Shown here: one piece after another, positions 19,294 to 28,601 of the stretch
How the letters are laid out: each line of letters begins with the position of its first letter
Numbering within the stretch: the stretch's first letter is position 1
NCBI GenBank assembly: GCA_046290845.1
Contig: JBKBUA010000009.1
Span: 1-34,100 of the forward strand
DNA length: 34,100 bases
Direction: 5' to 3'
From: Thermodesulfovibrionales bacterium
GTDB taxonomy: Bacteria > Nitrospirota > Thermodesulfovibrionia > Thermodesulfovibrionales > UBA9159
Made by a program: the position numbers and the translations under genes
Notes under the pieces: generated by a model
Database searches by the model: none
Told to the model about the DNA's origin: nothing
What the model saw: only the letters and a program-made list of their open reading frames with translations

Positions 19294-19457
19294 ATGAGGC
19301 AGGCACAATTCAAAACCTTTTATAATGCGATTGGACATTAAATGTGATGCCACAAGCAGAATTGTACCTGTGGTGCCGTTCAATCTAAACCGCCTTATGA
19401 TACGAAATGCTGCTATCGGTATCGCAAATAAAAGGTTTTTCATCATGCCTGCCTCAT
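19294..19457. mobile_element. MITE-like 164-bp element with ~38-bp imperfect terminal inverted repeats (or a long structured RNA)
   Basis: ATGAGGCAGGCA(19294-19305) and AAAACCTTTTAT(19312-19323) are perfect reverse complements of TGCCTGCCTCAT(19446-19457) and ATAAAAGGTTTT(19428-19439). TGCGAT/ATCGCA extends the pairing. No ORF with an RBS lies inside. Confidence 0.5.
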
Positions 19458-19541
19458 AGAAATTGGTTGTTTTATGCAATGTTTATCTATAAGATAAAAC
19501 CATTGAGAAAATTAATCAATTGTTTAAGGTAAACTTTTAAG

Positions 19542-19961
19542 ATGAAGATATTATTAAACAAATTAGTACAAACATCACTCAAAAATAGCCTCCACACTAT
19601 TTTTAACAAATCTTTCGGGTTAATTACCTTTTTATCACTTTCTGTTAATTTAAATGTGGTTTCTCTCGCTTCAGCAGAACAGAACTGCCCTGATTGCCCG
19701 AGGTGGCAAGAAATTGCGCCCTATGGAGATTATTGTCCAGGTTCTCGACGAGGATGGTATGGAGCAAGAAAACAGGTCTTAACCCTTAGGGAGGCCGAGA
19801 TAATCCTTACGGAATACTTTTCCAGGTATGGAGACATGAAGGTAGTAAACATTCAGGAAAAAAAGCGATTCTTTATAGCAGAGATAAGAGATAAAAACGA
19901 TTCCATTGTTGATATTGTTATACTCGATAAAAGGACAGGAAGGATAAGGTCTATTTATTGA
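19542..19961 (+). CDS. Secreted Cys-rich protein with PepSY-like C-terminal domain (hypothetical)
   Basis: A hydrophobic signal-like segment ends in ASA-EQ. Next comes CPDCP...CPG, then a ~70-aa beta-rich tail (KVVNIQEKKRFFIAEIRDKNDSIVDIVILDKRTGRI) of PepSY style. No clear SD. Confidence 0.5.
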   Translation: MKILLNKLVQTSLKNSLHTIFNKSFGLITFLSLSVNLNVVSLASAEQNCPDCPRWQEIAPYGDYCPGSRRGWYGARKQVLTLREAEIILTEYFSRYGDMKVVNIQEKKRFFIAEIRDKNDSIVDIVILDKRTGRIRSIY

Positions 19962-20126
19962 GTATCAGTATTGTCTGGTTTGATCTTTTAGACTTCCTTC
20001 AACAAGCTATAGCCGTACCAATGCTGTAGCTACATAAACGCCGCAAGTATGAATCCAGAGGACTAAAGAACTAAATTTCCGTTTATACAGGATGACGAAT
20101 TAGAGGTATTTTAGGTGAAACAATTT

Positions 20127-20150
20127 TGTAATAAATGAAACATAAATGTA
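20127..20150 (+). promoter_or_regulatory. Candidate upstream activator sequence (TGT-N10-ACA) of the nifH promoter
   Basis: TGTAATAAATGAAACATAAATGTA lies 90 nt upstream of the -24 element and is 19/24 identical to 30164-30187 upstream of the second sigma54 promoter. Confidence 0.45.
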
Positions 20151-20173
20151 TGCAATAAAGGATAATTGGTTAA

Positions 20174-21091
<918 letters not shown>

Positions 21092-21101
21092 GAGGATAAC
21101 T

Positions 21102-21419
21102 ATGCAGATGATAAGGGCAATAGTAAGACCTGAGAAGGCAGACAGTGTTGTTAGGGCCTTGGATGAGGCAGGATTTGTCTCTATGACGAAATTCGATGTC
21201 TTTGGAAGGGGCAAACAGAAAGGATTAACAGTTGGTGGGGTCCATTATGATGAACTACCAAAGGTGATGTTTTTGGTTGTGGTTGATGATGACAGTGCCG
21301 AAGCAGCGGTAGACACTATTATCGACGCAGCAAAGACCGGAAATTTCGGGGACGGTAAGATATTCATAAGTCCTGTCCAGAAATCCTATACCATCAGCAC
21401 AGGAAAGGAGTCCCTATGA
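21102..21419 (+). CDS. nifI1: PII-family nitrogenase regulator NifI1
   Basis: 105-aa GlnB-like protein ([10 protein letters not shown]...[10 protein letters not shown]) immediately after nifH. SD AGGAGGA. Confidence 0.9.
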   Translation: MQMIRAIVRPEKADSVVRALDEAGFVSMTKFDVFGRGKQKGLTVGGVHYDELPKVMFLVVVDDDSAEAAVDTIIDAAKTGNFGDGKIFISPVQKSYTISTGKESL

Positions 21420-21778
21420 TGAAAGACATAATCGCCATTATCAGGATGAATAAGTTTCAGGAGACAAAAAGGGTTCTTGAGGATATGGGTTTTCCTGCCT
21501 TTACTGTTATGAAGGTAATGGGCAGGGGAAGGCAGAGGGGCTATCTCCATGAGTTTACGCATCCCCTTCCTGTTGACAAGGAACCAGACATAAAAAGATT
21601 TATCCCAAAGAGGATGATAATGCTGACTGTAAGGGATTCTGAAGTGGAGAAGGTTGTAGATGCCATTATAAGAACAAACAAGACAGGCAACCCTGGTGAC
21701 GGAAAGATATTTGTGAACGATGTCACGGGTGCCGTCCGGATAAGGACAGGCGATAAGGGAGAAAAGGCCATCCTTTAA
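21416..21778 (+). CDS. nifI2: PII-family nitrogenase regulator NifI2
   Basis: 120-aa GlnB-like protein with an extended T-loop ([23 protein letters not shown]) and [10 protein letters not shown]. The ATGA start/stop overlaps nifI1. Confidence 0.9.
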   Translation: MMKDIIAIIRMNKFQETKRVLEDMGFPAFTVMKVMGRGRQRGYLHEFTHPLPVDKEPDIKRFIPKRMIMLTVRDSEVEKVVDAIIRTNKTGNPGDGKIFVNDVTGAVRIRTGDKGEKAIL

Positions 21779-21792
21779 CATGGAGGAATAAA

Positions 21793-23373
21793 ATGAAAAA
21801 CATAATCGAGGAAAGAGAAGAAGTCCGCAAAAAGATACTGGAAGGCTATCCGAGAAAGGTGGCAAGGGAAAGGGAGAAGCATATCATCGTCCTTGACAAG
21901 TCAAAGGAGCAGAAGATAGAGGCAAATGCCATTACAATTCCTGGAATCATATCTATGAGGGGCTGCTGTTATGCCGGGACAAAGGGCGTGGTCTTTGGCC
22001 CTATAAAGGATATGGTGCATATCGTTCACGGGCCGATCGGCTGTTCCTATTATACATGGGGAACGAGGAGAAATAAGGCAAGGACAGAACCAGGCGGCCA
22101 GAACTTTGTGGGCTATGCCTGCTCAACAGATATGATGGAAAAGGATATAGTCTTTGGCGGTGAGCAGAAGCTCCTTCAGGCAATAAGAGAGGCCTATAGG
22201 ATCTTCAAGCCAAAGGCAATAGGCATCTATGCTACATGCCCTGTAGGTCTCATCGGAGATGACCTTTATAAGGTGGCAAAACTGGCAGAAGAAGAACTTG
22301 GTGTAAAGGTCGTTCCCACGCACTGCGAGGGATACAAGGGTGTGAGCCAGTCTGCAGGCCACCACCTCGCCAGCAATACCCTTATGAAGTATGTGATAGG
22401 GACAGAGGAGTTGAAAGAGCCAGGGCCATTTGATATCAATATCTTTGGCGAGTATAACATAGGTGGAGATGCCTGGGAGATAAGGCGGATCTTCGAAAAG
22501 GTTGGATACAGGATAATCACATTCTTTACAGGCGATGCATCCTATGACAATGTAGCAGCAGCCCACAGGGCAAAGCTCAGCCTGCTTCACTGCCATAGAT
22601 CCATCAATTACACGAACAGGATGATGGAGGAAAAGTGGGGCGTTCCATGGCTTAAGGTCAATTTCTTTGGAGTAAAGGCCTTTATAAAGGCATTAAGGGA
22701 TACGGCTAAATTCTTTGATGACCCTGGCCTTTATGAAAGGACAGAAAAGGTTATCGAGGAGGAGATGTCGCAGGTCGAGCCTGTTCTTGAGAAATACAGA
22801 AAGAGGCTTGAGGGCAAGACCGCCATGCTCTTTGTCGGAGGCTCAAGGGCACACCACTTCCAGAGTCTGTTTGATGATATAGGAATGAAGAGCATAATGG
22901 CTGGTTATGAATTTGCACACAGGGATGATTATGAGGGCAGAAAGGTTATTCCCGAGATAAAGCACTCTGCAAGGAGCAAGGTGCTGGAAGACTTTACCTT
23001 TGAAAGGGAAGGGAAGTCTCAATGGGATGAAGAGTTTATAAGAAGAAAGAAAAAGGAACTTCCTGAGCTTATGGACTACGAGGGTATGATGCCCCACATG
23101 GAAAACGGCTCCTTTGTTATTGATGACACAAACCACTACGAGATAGAGATGCTTGTTAAGGAACTGAAGCCCGACATATTCTGCTCGGGTATCAAGGATA
23201 AGTATGTTGTTCATAAGCTTGGTGTGCCGTCAAAACAGCTCCACTCTTATGATTATGGTGGCCCTTATGTAGGATTCAGGGGAGCGATAAATTTTGCAAA
23301 GGACATAGATGCCATGGTTAATAACCCGGCATGGAAACTTATTACGCCACCATGGAGGTGCAAGGATGCTTGA
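21793..23373 (+). CDS. nifD: Nitrogenase MoFe protein alpha chain NifD (anaerobe type with internal insertion)
   Basis: 526 aa. P-cluster cysteines are in the CAYAG-like CYAGTKG, HGPIGC and TCPVGLIGDD motifs. FeMo-co ligands sit in LLHCHRS (Cys) and QLHSYDYGGPY (His). A ~50-aa insertion (ERE...MDYEGMMPHMENG) is typical of clostridial/methanogen-type NifD. Confidence 0.96.
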   Translation: MKNIIEEREEVRKKILEGYPRKVAREREKHIIVLDKSKEQKIEANAITIPGIISMRGCCYAGTKGVVFGPIKDMVHIVHGPIGCSYYTWGTRRNKARTEPGGQNFVGYACSTDMMEKDIVFGGEQKLLQAIREAYRIFKPKAIGIYATCPVGLIGDDLYKVAKLAEEELGVKVVPTHCEGYKGVSQSAGHHLASNTLMKYVIGTEELKEPGPFDINIFGEYNIGGDAWEIRRIFEKVGYRIITFFTGDASYDNVAAAHRAKLSLLHCHRSINYTNRMMEEKWGVPWLKVNFFGVKAFIKALRDTAKFFDDPGLYERTEKVIEEEMSQVEPVLEKYRKRLEGKTAMLFVGGSRAHHFQSLFDDIGMKSIMAGYEFAHRDDYEGRKVIPEIKHSARSKVLEDFTFEREGKSQWDEEFIRRKKKELPELMDYEGMMPHMENGSFVIDDTNHYEIEMLVKELKPDIFCSGIKDKYVVHKLGVPSKQLHSYDYGGPYVGFRGAINFAKDIDAMVNNPAWKLITPPWRCKDA

Positions 23374-24727
23374 TCATACACCTTTAGAGATAGTAGAAAG
23401 AGAAACGCTTACAATAAACCCCGCAAAGGTATGCCAGCCAATCGGGGCAACATGGGCAGCCCTCGGAATACATGGCTGTATGCCACTTGGGCACGGCTCT
23501 CAGGGTTGTGTCTCATACCTGAGGATGACACTCTCACGGCACCTGAAAGACCCTGCAATATCCGCAACCAGTTCCTTCAGCGAGGCATCAGCGGTATTCG
23601 GAGGAATCGGAAACCTGAGGCAGGCCATAAAGAACATTATCCATATATATAAACCTGAGGTGATAGCTGTCTATACCACCTGCGTTTCAGAGACCATCGG
23701 CGATGATGTAGCAGGCACAGTAAAGGCGATGAGAGAGGAAGGGGATATCCCTGATAATGTAAAGGTAATCCATGCCTCCACGCCGAGCTATGTAGGCTCT
23801 CATATAACAGGGTTCAGCAATATGACTGCATCTATGGCAACACAGCTCACAAAGAAAACAGAGCCGAATGGAAAGATCAATGTCATCCCCGGCTTTGTGA
23901 GCCCTGGCGATGTGAGGGAGATAAAGAGGCTACTCAGGGCAATAGGCATTGCCTCTATTGTGTTCCCTGATGTAACGGATGTCCTCGATACACCTATGAC
24001 AGGAAAGTATGAGCTCTATCCAAAGGGAGGAGTAAAGGTGGAGGAACTCATGGATACAGCGAATTCCTCATGCACAGTTGCATTGGGCAGATATGCCTCT
24101 ACGCAGGCAGCTCTTTTGCTCGAAAGGGATTTTAAAGTCCCGGCTGTTGCGCTGCCTCTACCTATGGGGATAAAGAACACAGACCTTTTTATGATGAAGC
24201 TCAAGGAGCTTTCGGGAAATGATATCCCCGAGGCTATAGAAGATGAAAGAGGAAGGCTTGTTGATATGCTCTGTGACCTCGACAGGCACTTTTATGACAA
24301 AAAGGTAGCCATAGCAGGCGATCCTGATACTGTTCTCGGTATGCTCTCGATTGTTACAGAACTGAATATGATCCCTGTTCATGTTGTAACAGGCACACCT
24401 GCAGAGGGGTTTGCAGATGAGGTGAAGAGGATAGCAGGAGAGGATGTGAACATAAAGGTGCCCGGGGACCTCTTCTATTTCCATCAGCTCATAAAGAACG
24501 AGCCTGTTGACCTGATCATCGGCAATACACACTGTAAGTATATTGCCAGGGCAGAGGATATTCCCCTTGTGAGGATAGGGTTCCCTATCACAGACAGGGG
24601 CTTCAACCATTACTTCCCTGAGACAGGATATGCAGGCACCATGAGGATAATAAAGATGATAGACGATGCCCTTCTGGAGAGATGGGACAGGGATGTGAAG
24701 GATGAGGACTTCGAGCTTATTATGTGA
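23366..24727 (+). CDS. nifK: Nitrogenase MoFe protein beta chain NifK (short N-terminus)
   Basis: 453 aa from ATG 23366, which overlaps the nifD stop by 8 nt. Shows CQPIGA, HGSQGCV and TTCVSETIGDD P-cluster motifs. Confidence 0.95.
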   Translation: MLDHTPLEIVERETLTINPAKVCQPIGATWAALGIHGCMPLGHGSQGCVSYLRMTLSRHLKDPAISATSSFSEASAVFGGIGNLRQAIKNIIHIYKPEVIAVYTTCVSETIGDDVAGTVKAMREEGDIPDNVKVIHASTPSYVGSHITGFSNMTASMATQLTKKTEPNGKINVIPGFVSPGDVREIKRLLRAIGIASIVFPDVTDVLDTPMTGKYELYPKGGVKVEELMDTANSSCTVALGRYASTQAALLLERDFKVPAVALPLPMGIKNTDLFMMKLKELSGNDIPEAIEDERGRLVDMLCDLDRHFYDKKVAIAGDPDTVLGMLSIVTELNMIPVHVVTGTPAEGFADEVKRIAGEDVNIKVPGDLFYFHQLIKNEPVDLIIGNTHCKYIARAEDIPLVRIGFPITDRGFNHYFPETGYAGTMRIIKMIDDALLERWDRDVKDEDFELIM

Positions 24728-24734
24728 GGAGAAA

Positions 24735-25544
24735 ATGCTATCTGAAAGATGCAGCATAATAGAGAGGCATCCGTGCCTTTCAAAGGAGGCTGCCCATAAA
24801 TACGGCAGGATACACCTGCCTGTGGCGCCGAGGTGCAACATCAAATGCAGGTATTGCCTGAGGCGATTTGATTGCGCCAATGAATCGAGGCCTGGCAGGT
24901 CAAGCATGGTTTTGAGGCCCGAAGAGGCAATAGAGAGGCTAAGATGGTATCTGGAAAGGATAGAGGGTCTGAAGGTTGCGGCTGTTGCGGGCCCTGGTGA
25001 ACCCCTTGCTAATCAGCAGACATTTAATGTTATGGAGATGATACGGGATGAGTTCCCTGAACTCATCCTCTGTCTATCTACAAACGGACTACTGCTGACG
25101 GAGAGGATGCAGGATATTATTGACCTTGGTGTGGGAACACTTACGGTCACGCTCAATGCCATCGATCCTGAAATAGGGGCAAAGATATATTCGTATATCA
25201 ACTATAAGGGCAAGACATATATTGGAGCCGAGGCCGCAAGGATACTCCTTGATAATCAACTTGCAGGCATAGAGATGGCTGTAAAGGCAGGTATTGTTGT
25301 GAAGGCCAACACAATATATATGCCTGAGGTAAACGGCGATCATCTAAGTGATATTGCTGAATATCTTAAAGGGCTTGGAATATACCTGATGAATCTTATG
25401 CCCCTTATACCTCAGTCTGATTTTGCGGCACTCAGGCCTCCAACAGAGGTGGAACTGCATCAGGCAAGGGAAAGGCTCAAGGAGATTATTCCACAGATGA
25501 CGCATTGCAGGCAGTGCAGGGCAGATGCCTGCGGAAAGCTTTAA
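24735..25544 (+). CDS. nifB: FeMo-cofactor biosynthesis radical SAM protein NifB (radical-SAM domain only)
   Basis: Shows HPCLSKEA...RIHLPVAPRCNIKCRYC (CxxxCxxC) and the C-terminal HCRQCRADACG. At 269 aa it has no NifX-like C-terminal domain. ATG 24735 is preceded by GAGGAG. Confidence 0.9.
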   Translation: MLSERCSIIERHPCLSKEAAHKYGRIHLPVAPRCNIKCRYCLRRFDCANESRPGRSSMVLRPEEAIERLRWYLERIEGLKVAAVAGPGEPLANQQTFNVMEMIRDEFPELILCLSTNGLLLTERMQDIIDLGVGTLTVTLNAIDPEIGAKIYSYINYKGKTYIGAEAARILLDNQLAGIEMAVKAGIVVKANTIYMPEVNGDHLSDIAEYLKGLGIYLMNLMPLIPQSDFAALRPPTEVELHQARERLKEIIPQMTHCRQCRADACGKL

Positions 25545-25555
25545 GAGGTACAAAG

Positions 25556-28132
25556 GTGTTAACGAAATTAGATGGATTGCTTGATAGTGGCTGTGAAAGG
25601 GAGAAAAAAGAGAAGATCTGCCGTTCAAGAGGTGGAGAGTCATGCGCCTTTGACGGAGCGATGATAGTGCTCCAGCCCATAGCAGACGCTGCACATATCG
25701 TCCACGGCCCTATTGCGTGCTGCGGCAATTCGTGGGAGGGAAGAGGAACATTGTCATCAAAGGGCAGCCTTCACAGGATGGGTTTTACTACTGATATGAG
25801 CGAGATGGATATTATCTATGGTTCTGAAGACAAGCTCTATGATGCGATATTGCGCACATATGAATCAGTGAAGCCAAAGGCGATATTTGTCTATGCCACA
25901 TGTGTTAGCGGCTTGATAGGAGAAGACATTGAAGCTGTATGTAAAAAAGCTGAAGCGTCTCTGGGCATCCGGGTAATACCGGTGAACGCGCCGGGATTCG
26001 TCGGCCCTAAAAATCTCGGCAACAGGATAGCAGGAGAAGCGCTTCTGGATTATGTGATTGGAACAGGTAACCCCCCTCTGTCCCCCCTTAATGTAAGGGG
26101 GGATGAAAGGGGGGTTATCAACCTCATCGGTGAATACAATATAGCAGGCGATTTATGGCTTGTTGAGCCACTGTTGAAAGAGGCAGGAATAAGAATCCTG
26201 TCGAGGATTACAGGCGATTCTACATTTGAGGAGATAACATACGCGCATTATGCAAAACTGAATGTGGTTGTGTGTAGCCGTGCTTTGATAAATATTGCAA
26301 AGGAGATGGAAAGGAGATACGGCATTCCCTATATAGAGGTTTCTTTCTTTGGCAAGACCGAGATGTCAAAGGCGCTGAGATTGATAGGCTTAAACCTGAA
26401 GACTGAAGGCTCGACGGAATTTTTAACAGATAAAATTGCATCGATCATTGCGAGGGAAGAAAAAAAGCTTGAAGAAAACCTAAAGGCGTACGAGCATCTT
26501 AAAGGTAAGAAGGCTGTTCTTTATACCGGCGGTGTTAAGAGTTGGTCTTTTATTTCAGCGCTCATGGATCTGGGAATCGAGATTGTCGCAATAGGAACAA
26601 AAAAGAGCACCTTCGAAGATGAGGAGAAGATGAGGGAGATCCTCGGTGAGGATGCACCGCTGGTTGAAGATGTAACACCGAAGAATCTACTCAGGCTTTT
26701 GAAGGAGAAAAAGGCAGACATGCTTATTGCAGGAGGAAGGAACCAGTATCTTGCAATCAAGGAAGGGTATCCATTCGTTGATGTAAATCAGGAGAGGCAC
26801 AGGGCTTATGCTGGATATGAAGGATTGTTGAATTTAGCCGAACAGATAAGTAATGGCATGAGGTTTTATGGCGGTATGCGGAATGCAGATAACGCCCCTT
26901 CTGGTCCCCCTCTTAAGGTAAGAGGGGGAAGGGGGAGTTATGCCATCAATCCGTTGAAGCATTCTCAGTCAATAGGCGCAGCGATGGCATTTCAGGGAGT
27001 GCATAATGCCCTGCCGATTATTCACGGTGCTCAGGGTTGCACGTTCCTTGCGAAGGCTCTTCTGACAAAACATTTCAGAGAGCCTATCGCTCTGGCAAGC
27101 ACAAAACTATTCACCGAGAACGTGGTGATGGGAAGCGAAGAGAATATCGCCAATACTGTAAACGGCTTCATAGAGAAGAACAGACCGGATGTGATTGGTA
27201 TTCTCACATCAGGACTTTCAGAGGTGAAAGGCGATGATGTAGCGAGGGTAATAAAAGATTTAAAATCCAAAATTCAAGATTCAAGATGCGAGGTTGTCCA
27301 TGTCTCTACACCTGATTATGAAGGAGGGCTTGAGACAGGATATGCAAAGGCAGTGGAAGCACTACTGCAGTTTACAGTTCACGGTTCACGGTTCACAGAG
27401 AGGCAGATTAATGTTCTTGTCGGTTCCCATCTGACCCCTGCGGATTTTACTGAACTGAGGGACATAATCGAATCTTTCAGTTTAAAGCCCATAATACTTC
27501 CCGATCTTTCTGCGCTGGACGGCAGCAGACAGGGGTTTTCCTCGCTTGCCCTCAGCGGCACAAAAATAGATGAGATAAGGAATATGGGGTCATCCGGGTT
27601 TACCATTGCTATAGGCTCAAGCATGGAGTCTGCCGCAATGATTTTAAAAGAAAGGTTCGGCATAGAGTACAGGGTATTTGAAGGCATGTCAGGGCTTAAG
27701 GATACAGATATGCTCATGGAGGCACTTTCCATGTTGAGCGGAAAAGAGGTGCCCGCTAAATACGAGAGGCAGAGAAGGATTCTCATTGACGGTATGAGGG
27801 ATGCGCATTTTTATTACGGCAATAAAAGGATATGTCTTGCGCTCGAGCGTGACCTGTCACTCCAGATGTCGAGCTGGCTTGATGAGATGGGCGCTGAAAT
27901 TGAAATTGTCGATACGAATTCGGGAGACCTGTTTTCTATTCATGGTAATTTTGACCTGCTTATTTCGAATTCCCATGCAGAAGATACAGCAAAGAGGCTT
28001 GGTGTGCCGCTGTATCAGATGGGGTTTCCTGTTTATAAGATTTTAGGAAACAATCACAAGGTTACTATTGGATACAGGGGCACGCTCGGACTTATCAACG
28101 ATATTGGGAATCTGTTATCTGAACATAATTAG
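25556..28132 (+). CDS. nifEN: Fused nitrogenase cofactor scaffold NifE-NifN
   Basis: The N-half is NifE-like (CAFDGA, HGPIACCGNSWEGRG, YATCVSGLIGEDI, LIGEYNIAGD). The C-half is NifN-like (INPLKHSQSIGAAMAFQGV...IHGAQGCT, LTSGLSEVKGDD). It is a single open frame. The start is assigned to GTG 25556 after the nifB stop, but ATG 25505 would overlap nifB by 40 nt, so it is uncertain. Confidence 0.9.
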   Translation: MLTKLDGLLDSGCEREKKEKICRSRGGESCAFDGAMIVLQPIADAAHIVHGPIACCGNSWEGRGTLSSKGSLHRMGFTTDMSEMDIIYGSEDKLYDAILRTYESVKPKAIFVYATCVSGLIGEDIEAVCKKAEASLGIRVIPVNAPGFVGPKNLGNRIAGEALLDYVIGTGNPPLSPLNVRGDERGVINLIGEYNIAGDLWLVEPLLKEAGIRILSRITGDSTFEEITYAHYAKLNVVVCSRALINIAKEMERRYGIPYIEVSFFGKTEMSKALRLIGLNLKTEGSTEFLTDKIASIIAREEKKLEENLKAYEHLKGKKAVLYTGGVKSWSFISALMDLGIEIVAIGTKKSTFEDEEKMREILGEDAPLVEDVTPKNLLRLLKEKKADMLIAGGRNQYLAIKEGYPFVDVNQERHRAYAGYEGLLNLAEQISNGMRFYGGMRNADNAPSGPPLKVRGGRGSYAINPLKHSQSIGAAMAFQGVHNALPIIHGAQGCTFLAKALLTKHFREPIALASTKLFTENVVMGSEENIANTVNGFIEKNRPDVIGILTSGLSEVKGDDVARVIKDLKSKIQDSRCEVVHVSTPDYEGGLETGYAKAVEALLQFTVHGSRFTERQINVLVGSHLTPADFTELRDIIESFSLKPIILPDLSALDGSRQGFSSLALSGTKIDEIRNMGSSGFTIAIGSSMESAAMILKERFGIEYRVFEGMSGLKDTDMLMEALSMLSGKEVPAKYERQRRILIDGMRDAHFYYGNKRICLALERDLSLQMSSWLDEMGAEIEIVDTNSGDLFSIHGNFDLLISNSHAEDTAKRLGVPLYQMGFPVYKILGNNHKVTIGYRGTLGLINDIGNLLSEHN
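26068..26117. repeat. GC-rich palindromic element E1 embedded in frame in the NifE part of nifEN
   Basis: TAACCCCCC(26068-26076)/GGGGGGTTA(26109-26117) and TCCCCCCTTA(26081-26090)/TAAGGGGGGA(26094-26103) are perfect stems. It encodes NPPLSPLNVRGDERGV. Confidence 0.8.
26890..26940. repeat. GC-rich palindromic element E2, homologous to E1, forming the NifE-NifN linker
   Basis: TCCCCCTCTTA(26905-26915)/TAAGAGGGGGA(26919-26929) is a perfect 11-bp stem. The outer arms TAACGCCCCTT/AGGGGGAGTTA pair at 9/11. Same TAAC...GTTA ends as E1. It encodes NAPSGPPLKVRGGRGS. Confidence 0.8.
27255..27289. repeat. Heptanucleotide tandem repeat inside nifEN (AAGATTT AAAATCC AAAATTC AAGATTC AAGATGC)
   Basis: Five degenerate 7-nt units read directly. 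They encode ...DLKSKIQDSRC... in the NifN half. Confidence 0.65.
27370..27397. repeat. Heptanucleotide tandem repeat inside nifEN (GTTTACA GTTCACG GTTCACG GTTCACA)
   Basis: Four 7-nt units, the two central ones identical. They encode FTVHGSRFT in the NifN half. Confidence 0.75.
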
Positions 28133-28150
28133 ATGGAAGGAGGATTAGCT

Positions 28151-28546
28151 ATGAAAATAGCCTTTGCAACAACTGATGGAATCAATGTTGACGAGCATTT
28201 CGGCAGGGCAGGTATGTTCGCCATATACGAGCTTACAAATGACGGATACAGGTTTATTGAAATGAGGAAGTTTGCCGACGGCAGGGATTCGGCGGTGGAA
28301 AACACAAAAGCAATGGGGCATGTCCATGACGAAAAGGTAGAGGGCAAAGTAGATAAGCTCGCGGACTGCAAGATCATATATTCAACCGAAATAGGAGGTC
28401 CTTCTGCTGCCCGGCTTTCAAGAAAAGGGATTATGCCTGTAAAAGTGAAAGAGGTCGTTTCAATCGAGGAATCATTGCAAAAACTTATGGAGACCCTAAA
28501 AAAATCGCCGCCGCCTTGGCTGAAGAAAGCGATTGGTACCAATTAG
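28151..28546 (+). CDS. nifX: NifX/NafY-family dinitrogenase iron-molybdenum cofactor-binding protein
   Basis: Shows MKIAFATTDG..VDEHFGRA..F.IYE and ...LADCKIIYSTEIGGPSAARL, typical of the NifX/NifB-C-terminal fold. SD GGAGG lies 7 nt before ATG 28151. Confidence 0.85.
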   Translation: MKIAFATTDGINVDEHFGRAGMFAIYELTNDGYRFIEMRKFADGRDSAVENTKAMGHVHDEKVEGKVDKLADCKIIYSTEIGGPSAARLSRKGIMPVKVKEVVSIEESLQKLMETLKKSPPPWLKKAIGTN

Positions 28547-28601
28547 TAAGAATAGAGAGTGACCATTCTGGAGATCAGTAATGATATGATATACTTAGTT
28601 T

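Noticed and set aside
19201-19479. 92-aa minus-strand ORF between the ZraP-like and PepSY-like genes.
   Set aside because: It has no RBS and its composition is odd. It is made almost entirely of the terminator hairpin and the MITE-like inverted-repeat element, so it is most likely non-coding.
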